From contig JAVKOQ020000010.1 in NCBI GenBank assembly GCA_031835245.2, forward strand, positions 1 through 64,000: 64,000 nucleotides of DNA, read 5' to 3'. This DNA is from Balamuthia mandrillaris (taxonomy: Eukaryota). The notes under the pieces were generated by a model. The model saw only the letters and a program-made list of their open reading frames with translations. It ran no database searches and was not told the DNA's origin. A program made the translations under genes and the position numbers. Below, piece by piece: positions 15,091 through 27,729 of the stretch. How positions within the stretch are numbered: position 1 is the stretch's first letter; every line of letters begins with the position of its first letter.

Positions 15091-16025
15091 TTCTGAAGAT
15101 CTTTCTCTTGTTTTCCTTTCTTGGAACTTTCTTGAGTTTAGAACTTAAGACATAAGAAACCAAGAACTTAATCTCTAATCCCAAGCCTTTTTCTTTCCTT
15201 AGTTCTTAATTATAAATGCTTTTCCTTCCATAAAAATAGAACTAAGACAACAACAATATATACAAAAACACACTTTGTTTTCCCTCTCCTTTCATTAAAT
15301 ACATTCGAATCTCATCTCCTTCTTTGTTTCCTTTTTTTTGGCAACTATTACCATGCACAATCAAGTTTTTCCAAATTTCTGAGTTTATCAGTATTTTCTC
15401 ACCTAAAATAAGTAGAAGAAAAAGTATTTTGGAAAAACTTGAAAGTATTGGGTAATATCAATATAACTAACTCTTTTCTCTTACTTCTTCTTTTTTTTCC
15501 TCTTTGATCCTCTTTTGCTGACATCCAACATCACTTCTTTGATTGATTTTGTTGACACCAAAGATCAGCATTTATTTCAACATTATTTTCTTGTTTTTTT
15601 CTTTTATTTTTTTAATTTGACAAAAAAAAAGATCAAAAGGACAGTGCCTTGTTTTGCTGTTGTACACTACAGTGAAGTGCTTATATATACATCATGAGCA
15701 AAATGTTTATCATGATCAGTCACTTTATACAGAAAGTGAGATTAAAAAGTATTGTTTTGTTAAAAAGAGCTACTAAAATCATTATACTCAATAAAAACTA
15801 TGTTTACTCTGTTGATAGGAGATAAATCCTGCAGATCAAGAAAGAGACAACATGTAAGTGACTCTGGGTTTATTCATATGACACCTTTCCAATGGGTACA
15901 ATGAAAAATTATCCAAAAAATTTAGCTCACAACCCCACCCAAAATTTACTACCAATTTTTGGACAATTTTCCCCATCTCATACTCCCTTGCCATTGGGAT
16001 ATTGTCATATTGACACTCTTCCTTG

Positions 16026-19000
16026 TGTTGTAAAATAAGAATGGGAATGATGGCGGAGACAAAGTAAGTATGAGACCCAAACTTAATTTACTAAAAGTGA
16101 AGAGTACAAGTGATAGTAAAGTATCTTGTGTTTTGTTGTAAGTTGTCCGAGAGGAAAAAGAAGAAGAAGCAAGGAGAGGCAGTATTTAAGCTAGAACAAT
16201 TATCCAAAAAAGAAGAACAGAGAATATCAGCAATAAAAGGGCAGAGAGAAAACAACAAGAAAGGAGAAGTTCAAGAAAGGAGAAGTTGGACACCGAGAGG
16301 TTTCCTCAGGTCGACAGGCATGAGGAAGAGGTCGACAGGAAGAGAAGAAGGGCTATTATGTTGGAGTTTTCCAACATCACCCTCTTTATGAACGAAGCTT
16401 CTTCCAGTAGGCGTTGACAGGTTGAAGATCATCAAAGTTCTTGACTGGAATCCAGAGGTCGTACTTAGGAGAGTAGCCTTTCCATCTGACCTTGTATTCT
16501 CGGCGGTTGGCAGGTCCATGGTGGTCTAGCACCTTGCTAACTTCGTAGGACTTGGAGTAATCATCATCATTATCATCATCAGACTCAGAATTAACATCAT
16601 CAGAAGCATCAGGGTCGGCTTGAGATTCCAAATCGGTCTTATCAGGAAGAACTGGAGTAGAGGATAGGGGTATCAAGGAACCAGAAGGGAGAGGGGGAAC
16701 TAGCTTAAGAAGAGAAGGAGGAATACGATCTTCCAACTCGTTGCCAATAATATCCACTAGTATATATGCACCACTCTTGGTTCTGCGTTTGACGGAGAAG
16801 GGGCCGAGATACTTCGGATCTGTCTTGGAGGTGGTGGTAGAATGACGAAGCATAACGGTGTCGCCTGGCTTGAATTCAACCAAGGAAACAGAAGAGTCAT
16901 GTGTCACAGATACAATCTGGTTGTAGAGGTCGGTAGCATCAGAAGCAGCAGGCCAGACAACAGAATGCAACTTGGCAATTTGTGCAAGGCAGTCAGCCTC
17001 AGGAAGGGGATTGGATTCCACGTTGGAAAAATCACTCGGAAGGTTGACAGGGCGTCCAAGAAAGAGCTCAAAGGGAGTCGATTTATGCCTGGAGGTCAGC
17101 CTTTGATTGATCGCAAATTGGGCAACTGGAAGGAAGGTAGACCAGTGACTCCAATCGGAAGAGACCAGCTTCATTAGGGCGGACTTGGCAAGCTTGACAT
17201 GGGCCTCAGCAGCACCATTGGCTCGCAGGTGATAGACAGCAATAAATCTGTGGTCGAAGCCAGAGATAGCCTTGATAGTAGCCATGGTCTCATTGACGAA
17301 CTTGGAGCCGTTGTCTTACTGTACAATCTTGGGAAAGCCAAAATCGCATATGACCCCATAGAAGGCACTGGTGATAGCAGCTGTTGTCCTGTTAACCAAA
17401 GGGCGGAGAAGGGTAAACCTGGTGGCAATGTCAGTGACCACCAAAACATAACAGAAACCAGATTCATCGGTGGTGAGCGGGCCAAACAGGTCCAAGGCAA
17501 CGTGTTCGAAAGGAAAAGTGGCGGAGATGGTTTTCAGAGGATGAAAACCATGCTTGGCAATGTTGAAACAAAGGCAGGCATCACACAAACGGGTAGTAGC
17601 GAAGCAATCAGCCCGAAGGGAAGGCCAGAAGAAACCTTCGTTCCAGACCTTGTTGAAGAGATTGGCAGCACCTTCATGGCCAGCGAGATGGAGGCGGGAG
17701 AGTAACTCCTGTTGTTCTTCCACGGAAGAAGGGGCCGTTTTGTCCAAAAACAGCTTGATGTAACGGACGAGTTCTCTTGACAGAGCAACTGGAGGGTGCT
17801 GAGAGGCGTCAAGCAGGGACAAGGAAGGAACTCTTGGAATGTTGCGTTGCTTCTTTACCAGAGCCAAGGTTTTGACTTCATTTGGAACTACTGGCAGAGC
17901 CAGACCATTTTCCTCCCAAAAGTTGGGCAGGTAGAGGCGGGAAAGCGCATCTTCCATCTGAACGCCAGGCTGGTGGACGATGTTGAAGTCAAACTGGAGC
18001 AGCAAGAAAGCCCAATGATTAAGCATGAAAGAAGAATGCTTGGCCGTAAAGAGATACGACAAGGCCTTGTGGTCTGTGAACAAGGTAAAGCGGCGACCCC
18101 ATAGCCAACAATGGAACTGGTGGAGGGCAAAGACCACAGCAAGAAGCTCATGTTTTGTGGCAGGATAGTTGCGTTGAGCAGAGTTGAGGGCACGGCTAGC
18201 AAAGGCAATATAACGACGAATACCATCAGCAGACTCTTGATAAAGCACAGCACCAACGCCATATTGGGAAGCATCAGTACCAAAAAGGAAGGGAAGACTG
18301 GGGTCCGGCTTGCTCAGAACCGGAGGAGAGCTGAGGATACCATGAAGAGCACTGATAGCTGCATCACAGTTCTTGTTCCAAAAGGGTCGCACATCTGAAA
18401 CGTTGTGGAGGGCATCCAACGGAGCCATTAAGCGAGAATATAAAGGCACAAAGCTGCGCAAGAAGTTGACGAAGCCCAGATAAGACTGAAGTTGCTTGCC
18501 GGTAGTAGGTATGGGAAGGCTATTGAAGGCGGAAAGCTTATCCAGATCAGGAGCATAGCCCTCGCTGGAGACAATGTATCCAACCAGACGGAGCCATGAG
18601 AAGCCAAAATGACACTTTTTGATACGAAGATGGAGACTAGCGTTGTTGATGGCACGCAGAACCAAGCGAAGCATTTCAACGTGCTCATCAATAGAGGCAG
18701 AGTGGGAAAAGACGAGGCAATCGTCAATATAGTGTGCGGTGCAGTCAGCAAGGTTCTTAAGCATGGCGGCAAGGAGATGCTGCATAGCGGCCAGAACGAT
18801 CTTCATCCCAAAGGGAGCTCCACGAAAGCAGTAGCGGTGCCCTCGCCAGGTGAAGGTGAGCTTGATCTGGTGAGGTGCAAAGATTAGAAGCTGCATGAAG
18901 CTCCACACTAAATCTAGCGAGCTGGCGATACGGAAGCCAAGGATATACTCTACGACAGCAAGAATACCAGGAATGTGGAAGTGGATATCCACAATGATAG

Positions 19001-21912
19001 AGTTGATAGCTCGTGGATCAATGCAGGTACGGGCTGAAGTCCAATGGCCGTTAGCATCCTTCTTAGGGACGCAAAGAATGGGCGAATTCCATGGCGAGTC
19101 CATGGGAGCATCCACAATAACCTTGTGGCGGTACCACTCTTTGAGCTGCTTGTTGATGGAGGAATGCCAGACTTCTGGTATAGGATACTGATGTTTGAAT
19201 ATCGGAGGGTGATCTCCGGTATCCAAACGGATTGTCCCTTCTGGAAGCGGACAGGAAGGACCTTGAGGAATATGGCTGTTCTCTTCAAGAAGGTCCTTAA
19301 TGCAGTCTACAATGGCCTTTTGAAGTTCTGGAGGCAAAGGAGACTCCACGTACTTATTAGAAGAAGTGACGTTCTTATCGTTTGGTGCTGAAGGCTTAGG
19401 GCCAGGGAAGTGGACCGGAATTCCAAATAGACCAATGCCTATCCTATCAAGGATGTCTCGGCCAAAGATCACTTGAATAGAACCGGAGAGCTTGAGAACG
19501 AGGAAGTTGTGGAAGAACTTCTGAGTACCACACGCCACACGAATGTGGGAGGCAACGGCAGACACAGAGGCAGAGGAATCATCTCCCAGAACCACATCCT
19601 GTTGAGTGTGGGTCGTTTTAAGGTGAAACTGTTCCACAAGGGAAGGATCCACAAAAGAAGAGGAGGCGCTGGTGTTGAGCAGGGCCATAACTCTTTGCTT
19701 GTTCAAGGTTGTCGGAACCATAATAGGAGCAGCAACAGGAGCAGGAGAGGGATTATCGGAGGCAGGAGCTTTGTGATCGTCAAGACCAAGCATGAACAGC
19801 TCTGCTGCAGCTTGCTCAAACTCCCAAAAGGGATTCTCTTCTATGTTGTTTAAAGAAGGAGTAGCCGGAGAAGGAGAAGGGGAGGCTGCACTGCCAGAAG
19901 GAGGAGCCGAAAAAACACCAGTCGCAGGGGACTGCATGCTGTTGAGCAAAGAAGCCAGAGGCTTAGCAGAAGTGCCACGAGTAGGACAACGATTTGCCAT
20001 ATGTCCCACCTTACCGCACTTGTAGCAGACGCCAGCTGGTCTTTGAGGATCACCAGAAGAGATAACAGGTGTAAAAGAAGAGGAAGAGGAGGAGGATCCA
20101 TCACTCTTTTTCTTGGAGAGGACTCGGCAGTCCTTGTCTGAATGACTGTGCGTACAGTGAAAAGAGCACCAAGGTTTGCCGTTCTTGGTCCCCTTGTTGT
20201 GGTTCGGGCTGCTTGGAGGGGAAAGTCTCTAGGGCTTTCTCTTGCTTCGGGCTTCCAAGGCAGATTCATGTTCCAAGGCGATGCCGATGGCATCGACCAA
20301 AGAAGTAAGGGGGTTGGCAATGCAAGAAGAAATAAATCCCGAGACAAGTTCTTCAGGAAGGGCGTTCCTGAGAACAGCAAGAATATCTTCAAGTTGAGGC
20401 GGACAGGTCATCTGGTCGATGAGCTCTTGGAAGCACTCTGAGAATTCTCGAACAGACTCTCCGGTTTTGAAGAAGAAGTGACAGAACTCTGTATGCAGCG
20501 CGTTCTGCAGGTTTCTGCTGCCAAAGTGGTCGTGGAAGGTGGCTATGAGCCTATCCCAAGGCCATTCCGGGTGACGAAGGTTCTGGATGGCCCAGTGCTG
20601 AGCCAACGGATCCTTGATCTGAGAAATCAAGGCATAATGCCAGAGGTTTTCTGGATAAGACGTGCCGCTAAGGGCAAAGTGTAGGCACTCTAAAAAGATA
20701 AGAGGATTATCTTTTCCTTTGGTCTTTGGATCGAAGGTTGGAAGATTTTGGGGAAGCTTTGGATATTTTTCCTTGCTTCCTGTCTTGTCTGAGGGTTCAG
20801 CGTAACCACTCTCGGACGAGGAGCCAGCCTTGGAAGTTTCCGTGGCAGAGCGAAGCGAGAAATGCTTGAGGGAGAACACAGCGGGCAGAGGTTTCACCAC
20901 CTTTGGTGTGGCAGCACCTGCGGAGGTAGTGCCCTTGGGAGAAACATAAGGAGTTGACGGAGTGTTAACTGGAAGCTGCGAAGGCAGGTTCGAGTGCCGG
21001 TGGAACAGTGGCTCATTTTCTTCTTTGCAAATCGTGGTCAGTTGATTGATCATCTCCATCAGTTCGCTCTTCTGATAGCATATGTCATCGAAACGTTTTT
21101 TATCCTCTTCTTCGCCACTGGAGTCCCATGATAATGCTGCTTGCGCAATTACGAGAGAACTTGGCTTTCCTCTTGAGCAGGCGGGCAGCTTCGGAACTGT
21201 TTTCGTTAACATCAATGTCACCAAAGCTTGGCGAACCGTCTTCCTTCTTGGTGGGTATACTGGAAGAAGGAAAGTTAGACATTGTAGAGAGGCTTACCAA
21301 CAATAAAATATAACTCCTTTAACGAAAGCAAAGGTTGATATCATACACCAGGTTGATATCACGGTAGCTGAATCCACAGCGTGTCTCAGATAAGTTCTGA
21401 GTAAGGAAGGGCTTGAAACAAGCGCCAAAAATGCAACGAATAGCGAAGTGACCTTTAGCAGTAAGCCAAGGAGCACGCTATACAAGGGAGTTGAAGAGTG
21501 ACTCGAGTAGAGCAGAGACTCGGTGATATGCAGTAAATTGGAATGAGTCATAAAAAAAAATGTTGTAAAATAAGAACGGGAATGATGACAGAGACAAAGT
21601 AAGTATGAGACCTGAACTTAATTTACTAAAAGTGAAGAGTACAAGTGATAGTAAAGTATCTTGTGTTTTGTTGTAAGTTGTCCGAGAGGAAAAAGAAGAA
21701 GAAGCAAGGAGAGGCAGTATTTAAGCTAAAACAATTATCCAAAAAAGAAGAACAGAGAATATCAGCATAAAAAGGCAAAGAGAGAAAACAACAAGAAAGG
21801 AGAAGTTCAAGAAAGGAGAAGTTGGACACTGAGAGGTTTCCTCAGGTCGACAGGCATGAGGAAGAAGTCGACATGAAGAGAAGAAGGGCTATTATGTTGG
21901 AGTTTTCCAACA
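16026..21912 (-). mobile_element. Full-length Ty3/Gypsy chromovirus-type (Skipper-like) LTR retrotransposon, inactivated
   Basis: LTRs at 21561-21912 (5') and 16026-16376 (3'), TGTTG...CAACA termini, TSD CTTG (16022-16025 / 21913-21916). PPT AAAGAGGGTGA on the minus strand; T9 after the 5' LTR. Confidence 0.97.
16386..21282 (-). pseudogene. gag-pol: Single-frame gag-pol polyprotein (Gag, zinc knuckles, PR, RT, RNase H, IN, chromodomain)
   Basis: ORFs 20229-21224, 17316-20009 and 16386-17285 are in one frame, broken by TAG at 20229 and TAA at 17316. Motifs: CYKCGKVGHMANRC, protease LLNTSA (degenerate DTGA), YIDD, TDASQYGVGAVL, HHCC, DLFGPL, GPF, and chromodomain YEVSKVLDH..YKVRWKGY..DLW. An apparent frameshift lies near the 5' ATG. 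Confidence 0.95.
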
Positions 21913-23991
21913 CTTGGATCTTTTCCCTTGTTTATCACCCTTTTGCTATTGAGAACTTGTCATTGTTTCTTTTGGTTTTTTTTTGTGTATCAATATTACT
22001 TGTGTTACATATGACACCTTTCTAATGGATATAATGAAAAATTTTTCAAAAAATTTGGTTCACAATCCCACTCAAAATTTACTACCAATTTTTGGACAAT
22101 TTCCTCATCTCTTACCCCCTTGTTGTTGAGAAATTGTCATTGTTTCTTGGTTTTTTTTGTTTATTAATATTACTTGTTTTACATATCATATTTTTCTTGT
22201 TATTCCTTTGTTTTTTCTTTTTTTTAAATCATATATATTGTTTTTTTTTCAACATTTTTTTCCTGAGAAAAGTTTTTTAATTGTTAAGATAAAAAAGTAA
22301 ATCACTACTATGTAAGAAGTGCATTGAATTGTCAGGGTGAGCTCAAGAGTAAAAGGAGTGTAGGTGAGTGTAAGTGCATTGAATTATCAGAGTGAGCTCA
22401 AGAGTGTAGGTAAGTATAAGTGCATTCAATATAAAGGAAGCAGGTTTGAAATAGAAAATGGTTGAGTCTGTGTGCTATCAAGAGTCTATGATTATTGAGT
22501 GTAAGGAAGAAGAATATAAAAAGTGATTTGAAGAAGGAAAGCTGTGACATAAAAACCAGAGGTGTGTTGAAGACAAAGATATGGTCTGGTGATCATGAAA
22601 GAGTGTGAAGACATTGTGGACTTTCTTCATTCTAGTTGTTAAAGTGATGTATTCCTTCTTTTTCTGTTGTTTGACCTCCTTAGCAGTACTATAAAAGCAG
22701 TCAAGCATAAGTTGGAGCACTTGTTAATCAGCTCAAGGTAGTGGTTGGTTTTGATGTTGATTGTCTTACAAAGGGTGTTGAGTACAATGGCTTTCATGAT
22801 TAATCAACATACAAGACAAAAGAAAAATAGTTCACTTTGTCTTGTTAAAAGAGACAAACACAAATGGATGAGGCCAAAACATATTATTCAAGAGGGAACA
22901 AGGAAACAAAGGGTATAAAAAGGGAATGGTATCATACGAATGAAACTAAACTAACTAACTAGAAGAAAGAGAGGAGGAAGCAACAAAATAAAAGAAAGAA
23001 GCTTAGTGATGTAACTGCAGACAATAAGTCTACATCTATTAGCTTGCACCAATAATACAAGAATGCAAGAAAGTGAACAAGACCAAGAATAGGCTTTTAA
23101 TGAAAGGAAAGTGTCATAACAGAGTGTATGTATGTATATAACAACCCGGCCTAATCCCTCTCTCTCTCACAATGCTCACAAAGGAGAGATAAAATTGGGG
23201 TGGTTCTTGGTTTGCTCTATTATTATTAGAAAGACCTGCTTTGTGTGTACAGTTTCTCTCTCTAATTCTGTTATTCTCTCCTTTTTCCCCGTTTTCTTAC
23301 TTCCTTTGGTAACACAATACTTAGAGATTCTGTTGATTGGCTGGTTGATGTCATCCTATCGATCAGACTGAGATCACATCATATGACATGTGTTTGTTAC
23401 TTGTTCTTATTCTGAAAGAAAAAGAAAGAGAGAAAGAAAAAAGAAAAGATAAAAAAAGAGAGGAAAAAATGAATGAGAAAAAGAACCAATCAAAAGAAGT
23501 CACATGTCAGTAGGAAAAACGGAAAGTTCCTAAGTTCCATGAGAGAGAAATCTATGGGAAATTATGAGAAGCTGACATGGGCTAGGTGCTAATGTAAGCT
23601 GAGGAAGAACAAGGAAAGAAGTAAATGTTGATTATGTTGGCAGTTACCAACAAATCACAGATATTTGGCCAAAAGAAAAGATAATATTGAAAGTAATTCT
23701 CAATAGTTTGATAAAAAAATGTTCATTAAGTTAAACTTTACAAAAGAAAGGAACAAATGATCAAAAAGGAGTGTATTCCAGAAAAAAGAAAGAAACAAAG
23801 ACAATGGGAGGGGATCTCTTTTAGGGAACACCAAGGAAAAGGGAAAAGAGAAAAAGGAAATAAGAAAAACTTAAGGGGGCCTGCTTGGGTTATAAACCAA
23901 GGGCGGAAAAGCGAAAATTATGGGATTCGTAAAAGTGCTGAGGATGTGCACAAACTGAGAAGTGTTTTATTGAGCTGCAGCTTTTGTGCTC

Positions 23992-26900
23992 TCAGACTGC
24001 AGAGGACGGTGAGTGGGCTGCAACCGCAGAAAAAGAAGAAGAGCAGCGAAGTGGAGTGGCTCGTGGCTTGTGAGGCTGCACATAGTGTTGAAAGGTGCTT
24101 GGATTGGAGACGAACTCGGTCAAACACTTCTTCTGGCCCTCCTTGGTGGAATTGCCCTTATAGGTCTTGAAGAGGTTGAAGAGAATGATTTGTGCCTCAA
24201 GCACTTTCCCTTGGAGCTTGCTCACCTCTTCAACTGTGGACACTTTAGCAACGGAAAGATCAGGCGCAGTTTTCTGCTTCTTCTGCTTCTTCTGCTTTGT
24301 GTGTGTGTCCTCTTTGAAGACTGGAGCAAGGCTCTTTTGATGCGTGTCCAGGTAAGCATCCTCCTTTTTTATGAGATTTTTTTCTCTTGCTCCACTCTTG
24401 CCTTTTGTTGTTGACGCAACTCTTGCTCTCTTTTCTTGAAGGCCTTACTTTGTTTCCTTTTTTGATTTTGCGTCTCCTGTTCATCCAAGTTGTCCAAATG
24501 TTGCTGGACACTAGTCGTTATGTTCAATCCAAGTTCTCCAAACACGCTTGCAGTTGTGCTCCCCTTTCATCCTAGGTTTCTTCGTAATGCAGAGAGAAAT
24601 GCTCGGTCTCCAAAGGTAGGCAGGTTTTTGTCCTTTGGTGTTTCTTTTGTATGACACATATTTAAATTTTCGTTGTGGCAGGTATGGTAGCTGTGCATGA
24701 AAACATCCGCCTTCGCCACAATGCTGTCTATCTTTTCTTTGACTTTTTGGATCTTTTCGATCCACACTGGATCCCCATTACCATCATCGCAGTACTCCTT
24801 TTTGCAACGATCACACACTTTCTCCTCTCCACTGTTGTCAGCTTCCTTTGTCTCACAATCACACCCTTTTTTCCGCTTCAACAGTGTTGGGTGACGGCCG
24901 ATTGCAGCAAGAAGCTTGCAAGAAGATAAAAGCAAGCACAGCCTTTTTCCTTTCCTGACCTGGGTGGCGATGTGGAAAAGGATTTCTGGGGGAAGAGCAG
25001 TGAAGGGTGTGGAACGATCCATTGAATCAAGATCCATAATCCTTTCCAGATGGGGACAGTGGTCATCGCACTTCTTCTCAAAGTAGTGAGCCTTGGCAAA
25101 CTTCATCCGCCATTGGAATTCCCCAACCATCTCCAGTCGAAGCCTTTCTTCATACTCTGCCACAGTCTCTTTAGTTTGCTTCTTAATAAACATATTTGCC
25201 CACCGTTCACTTTCTTTGATGGCTGTCATCAACCATGCTCCAATTTTGGCCATGTATTTCTTTCCTTTTTGGCTCTCTCCAAGTATTTTTTGCAGGTCTT
25301 TTTGAAAGTTGTTTTTCAAATGCCCTGGATCATGCACGATCTTCACCTCGGTAAGTCTGGCATCTTCATTCAAGATCTTCAAGACTGATGAATCTTGGTC
25401 GCATACAAAGGTTCGTAACTGAGGCATTAGCTTCTTTTCCTCAAGCCAATCTATTGCTCATCGGAATCCCTCTGCCTCCATTCCTTTGGATGTGCCCTCA
25501 TAGTTTCCCTTTACAACCCAGACCTGTTTCCCGCTCTTCAGGACCTTTGCTTTGCTCTTTGACAGAATAACCTGGTAAAGCACCTTGTTGTTGTTGGTAT
25601 CAATAAGTGAATATACCCCATGGTTTGCATTCCTTCTATGGCTCCATGCTCCATCACCAGCCAAGGCAAGTAGTATATCAAATGCTTCGATATACGTTGC
25701 TTGCTCATTGAAAGTTTTTGTGGTCAAATGTTTGACCACATGCCACACCATTTTCTCTGCTCGTCTCCAAGTTGCCCAACACATGTGTGTCAATCCTTGA
25801 GTACATCTTTCATTTGAATAACTTCCCCATGTACCTCCAGAAAGCACCACTAATGCAACTACTTCCAGGTTGATACTCTTTATACCAGGACCTGTTTGTT
25901 GCTTCTTTGGTGATTGAATAGGGCCACAGACCTCATTCGAGTAAGTTGTTCTGCTTGAACATGTAGTACATTCTGTGATTGTAATTACGCATTCTCCCAC
26001 TTGCTTTATTTTTATGGCTTTCTGGGTCCCACTACACGTCCCTCCTTTCTCCTCACATCACTTTCGTATTGCCTCTATCCAACACTCCTTATCTACTATA
26101 AATCTATTCCCATTTAACTTAATTTTTGGTGTAGGCCTTGATGAGGAGCTTGGTGAAGAGGAGGTCAGCGAAGAGGAGGTCAGCAAAGAGGAGGTCGGCG
26201 AAGAGGAGGTTGGCAAAGAGGAGGTCGGCGAAGAGGAGGTCGGCAAAGAGGAGGTCGGCAAAGAGGAGGTTGGCAAAAAGGAGGTCGGTGAAGAGGAGGT
26301 CAGCAAAGAGGAGGTTGGCGAAGAGGAGGTTGGTGAAGAAGTCAATGAAGAGGGTGACAAAAAAAGTTGTTGGCGAGTAGCTCAAGAAGGAGGGTACCAT
26401 ACATGCTGGGATGCTGAAGGAGCCTGCTGGTGAGTGATGAAGCAAAACAGGGAGTGCAAATGAAGGTATGGTTAAAGAAGAGGAGGAGGTAAGCAAAGAG
26501 CTCAGTGACTCAGCAGCTTTCTTTTGCTGTGCTTTCTTTTCCTCCTCTTCTTTTAGGCACTTGTTTTGGTGGCATTGCTTTCTTTCTTTCTGGAGCTGCC
26601 TTTTTCGCCATGTCTTGGCTTCTTGTTCCTCCTTTTCTTGTTGTTGCTGAGCTCGTTGACGCCTTTGGCTCTTAGCCTTCTGCTTCCGTCGTTTTTCTTT
26701 CTGGAGCTGGCACTGTTCCTTTGAGGACAAGGGCGAGGGTGAGGGGAAGGGCGACGGTGAGGGCGAGGGGGAGGGCTAGGGCGAAGTAGAGGGCGATGGC
26801 GAGGGCGAAGATGAAACTGAGGGTGAAGAGGGTGAGGTTAAAGAGCAAGGGCAAGGCAAAGATAAAGACAAACCTGAAGGAAAACCCAGCCTATGTTCAT

Positions 26901-27090
26901 TTTCAGCCTCCTGTAGTTGGTCTTGGGTGGAAGGTGCTTTGGATAACCGTGCTCGGCAACGACGATCTGAAGCATTCTTTTGTTCTCGCCTTTTTTTCAG
27001 TCGCTGCTGTTCCTCTTGTTCCTTCTCCTCCCTTGCTCGTTTTCGCTGAAGGTAGCGCTCACGGTCATACGCTTTCTTGTCCACTTGCAT
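23992..27090 (-). pseudogene. Kolobok-like DDE transposase, disrupted
   Basis: Motifs GDGAWSHRRNANHG, YEGTSKGMEAEG, VCDQDSS, HDPGH and TCHNENLN. ORFs 26058-26360, 25458-26000 and 24567-25427 share one frame with internal stops. Ends approximate. Confidence 0.8.
26143..26345. repeat. 15-bp tandem repeat (GAGGAGGTCGGCAAA-like, ~13 units) in the transposase N-terminal region
   Basis: Directly visible; encodes SSxPT-type repeats on the minus strand. Confidence 0.9.
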
Positions 27091-27729
27091 TTTTACCCTT
27101 CGCTCTTGCAGTCGACCATAAAAGTGGAAAAAAAATTCCACTTTAGCAGGGAAACCCATACAAAACCTTGTCCGCAAGGACAAAACCCATTCCCTCTGCT
27201 CGACAAAAAAAAATCCTCCTTGATCTGTTCAATGAGAACAAAAGCAGAAAAACACATGTAGATCAAGCGTTCCCGAACGCTCGACCTTTTTGTCAAGACG
27301 ACACGACTGATCCTTGTGATCTGAGCAGGCCCCCTTAAGAGGAGGCATTTTGCATGAGGAGTCTTGAACTAAGTGTTGGTGATGTTACCAACAAATATTT
27401 AGGACATGACTGATTTCTTATTATCATTGCTGGTTTCCTTTTTTTATTCTATTCATTTTCCTTGTTTTCCTTTGAATAAATCATTTTGGCCCTGTTTATC
27501 CATGTTATTTTTTCTTTTAAACAAATTACTTTTCATTTTTGTTACTTTTCATTTAAGCTCTATTTCAATAATTATTTTTTTTGTATTCTTATGCTATTTT
27601 TTTTGTATTGTATAATTCTCTTCTTTTTCTGGTTTTCCTTACTCCTTAAATAACAAAATTCTTAGAGATTCCTTTGATTGATTGTGTTATACCACTCTTC
27701 CTTAATACCTATCCCTATCTCTCCTTGTA

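Larger units (their letters stand above)
23875..27334 (-). mobile_element. Kolobok-type DNA transposon (3.46 kb)
   Basis: TTAA TSD (23871-23874 / 27335-27338). ~20-bp imperfect TIRs GGGGGCCTGCTTGGGTTATA / GGGGGCCTGCTCAGATCACA. GG termini plus TTAA are the Kolobok signature. Confidence 0.88.

Noticed and set aside
13843..15100. Fanzor/TnpB nuclease associated with the IS630-like relic
   Set aside because: No RuvC motifs or zinc finger recognisable; the sequence is too decayed to support it.
20229..20231. TAG between gag and pol as programmed readthrough
   Set aside because: The stop lies upstream of both zinc knuckles, which Gag needs, and the copy has other inactivating mutations, so a nonsense mutation is more likely.
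15870..22140. Similar ~150-bp sequences on both sides of the Gypsy element as extended LTRs
   Set aside because: The true LTR ends and CTTG TSD are clear; the similarity reflects an older local duplication into which the element inserted.
25975..26433. Plus-strand EEEVGK or KRRSA repeat proteins
   Set aside because: These are alternative-frame readings of the 15-bp tandem repeat inside the minus-strand transposase.
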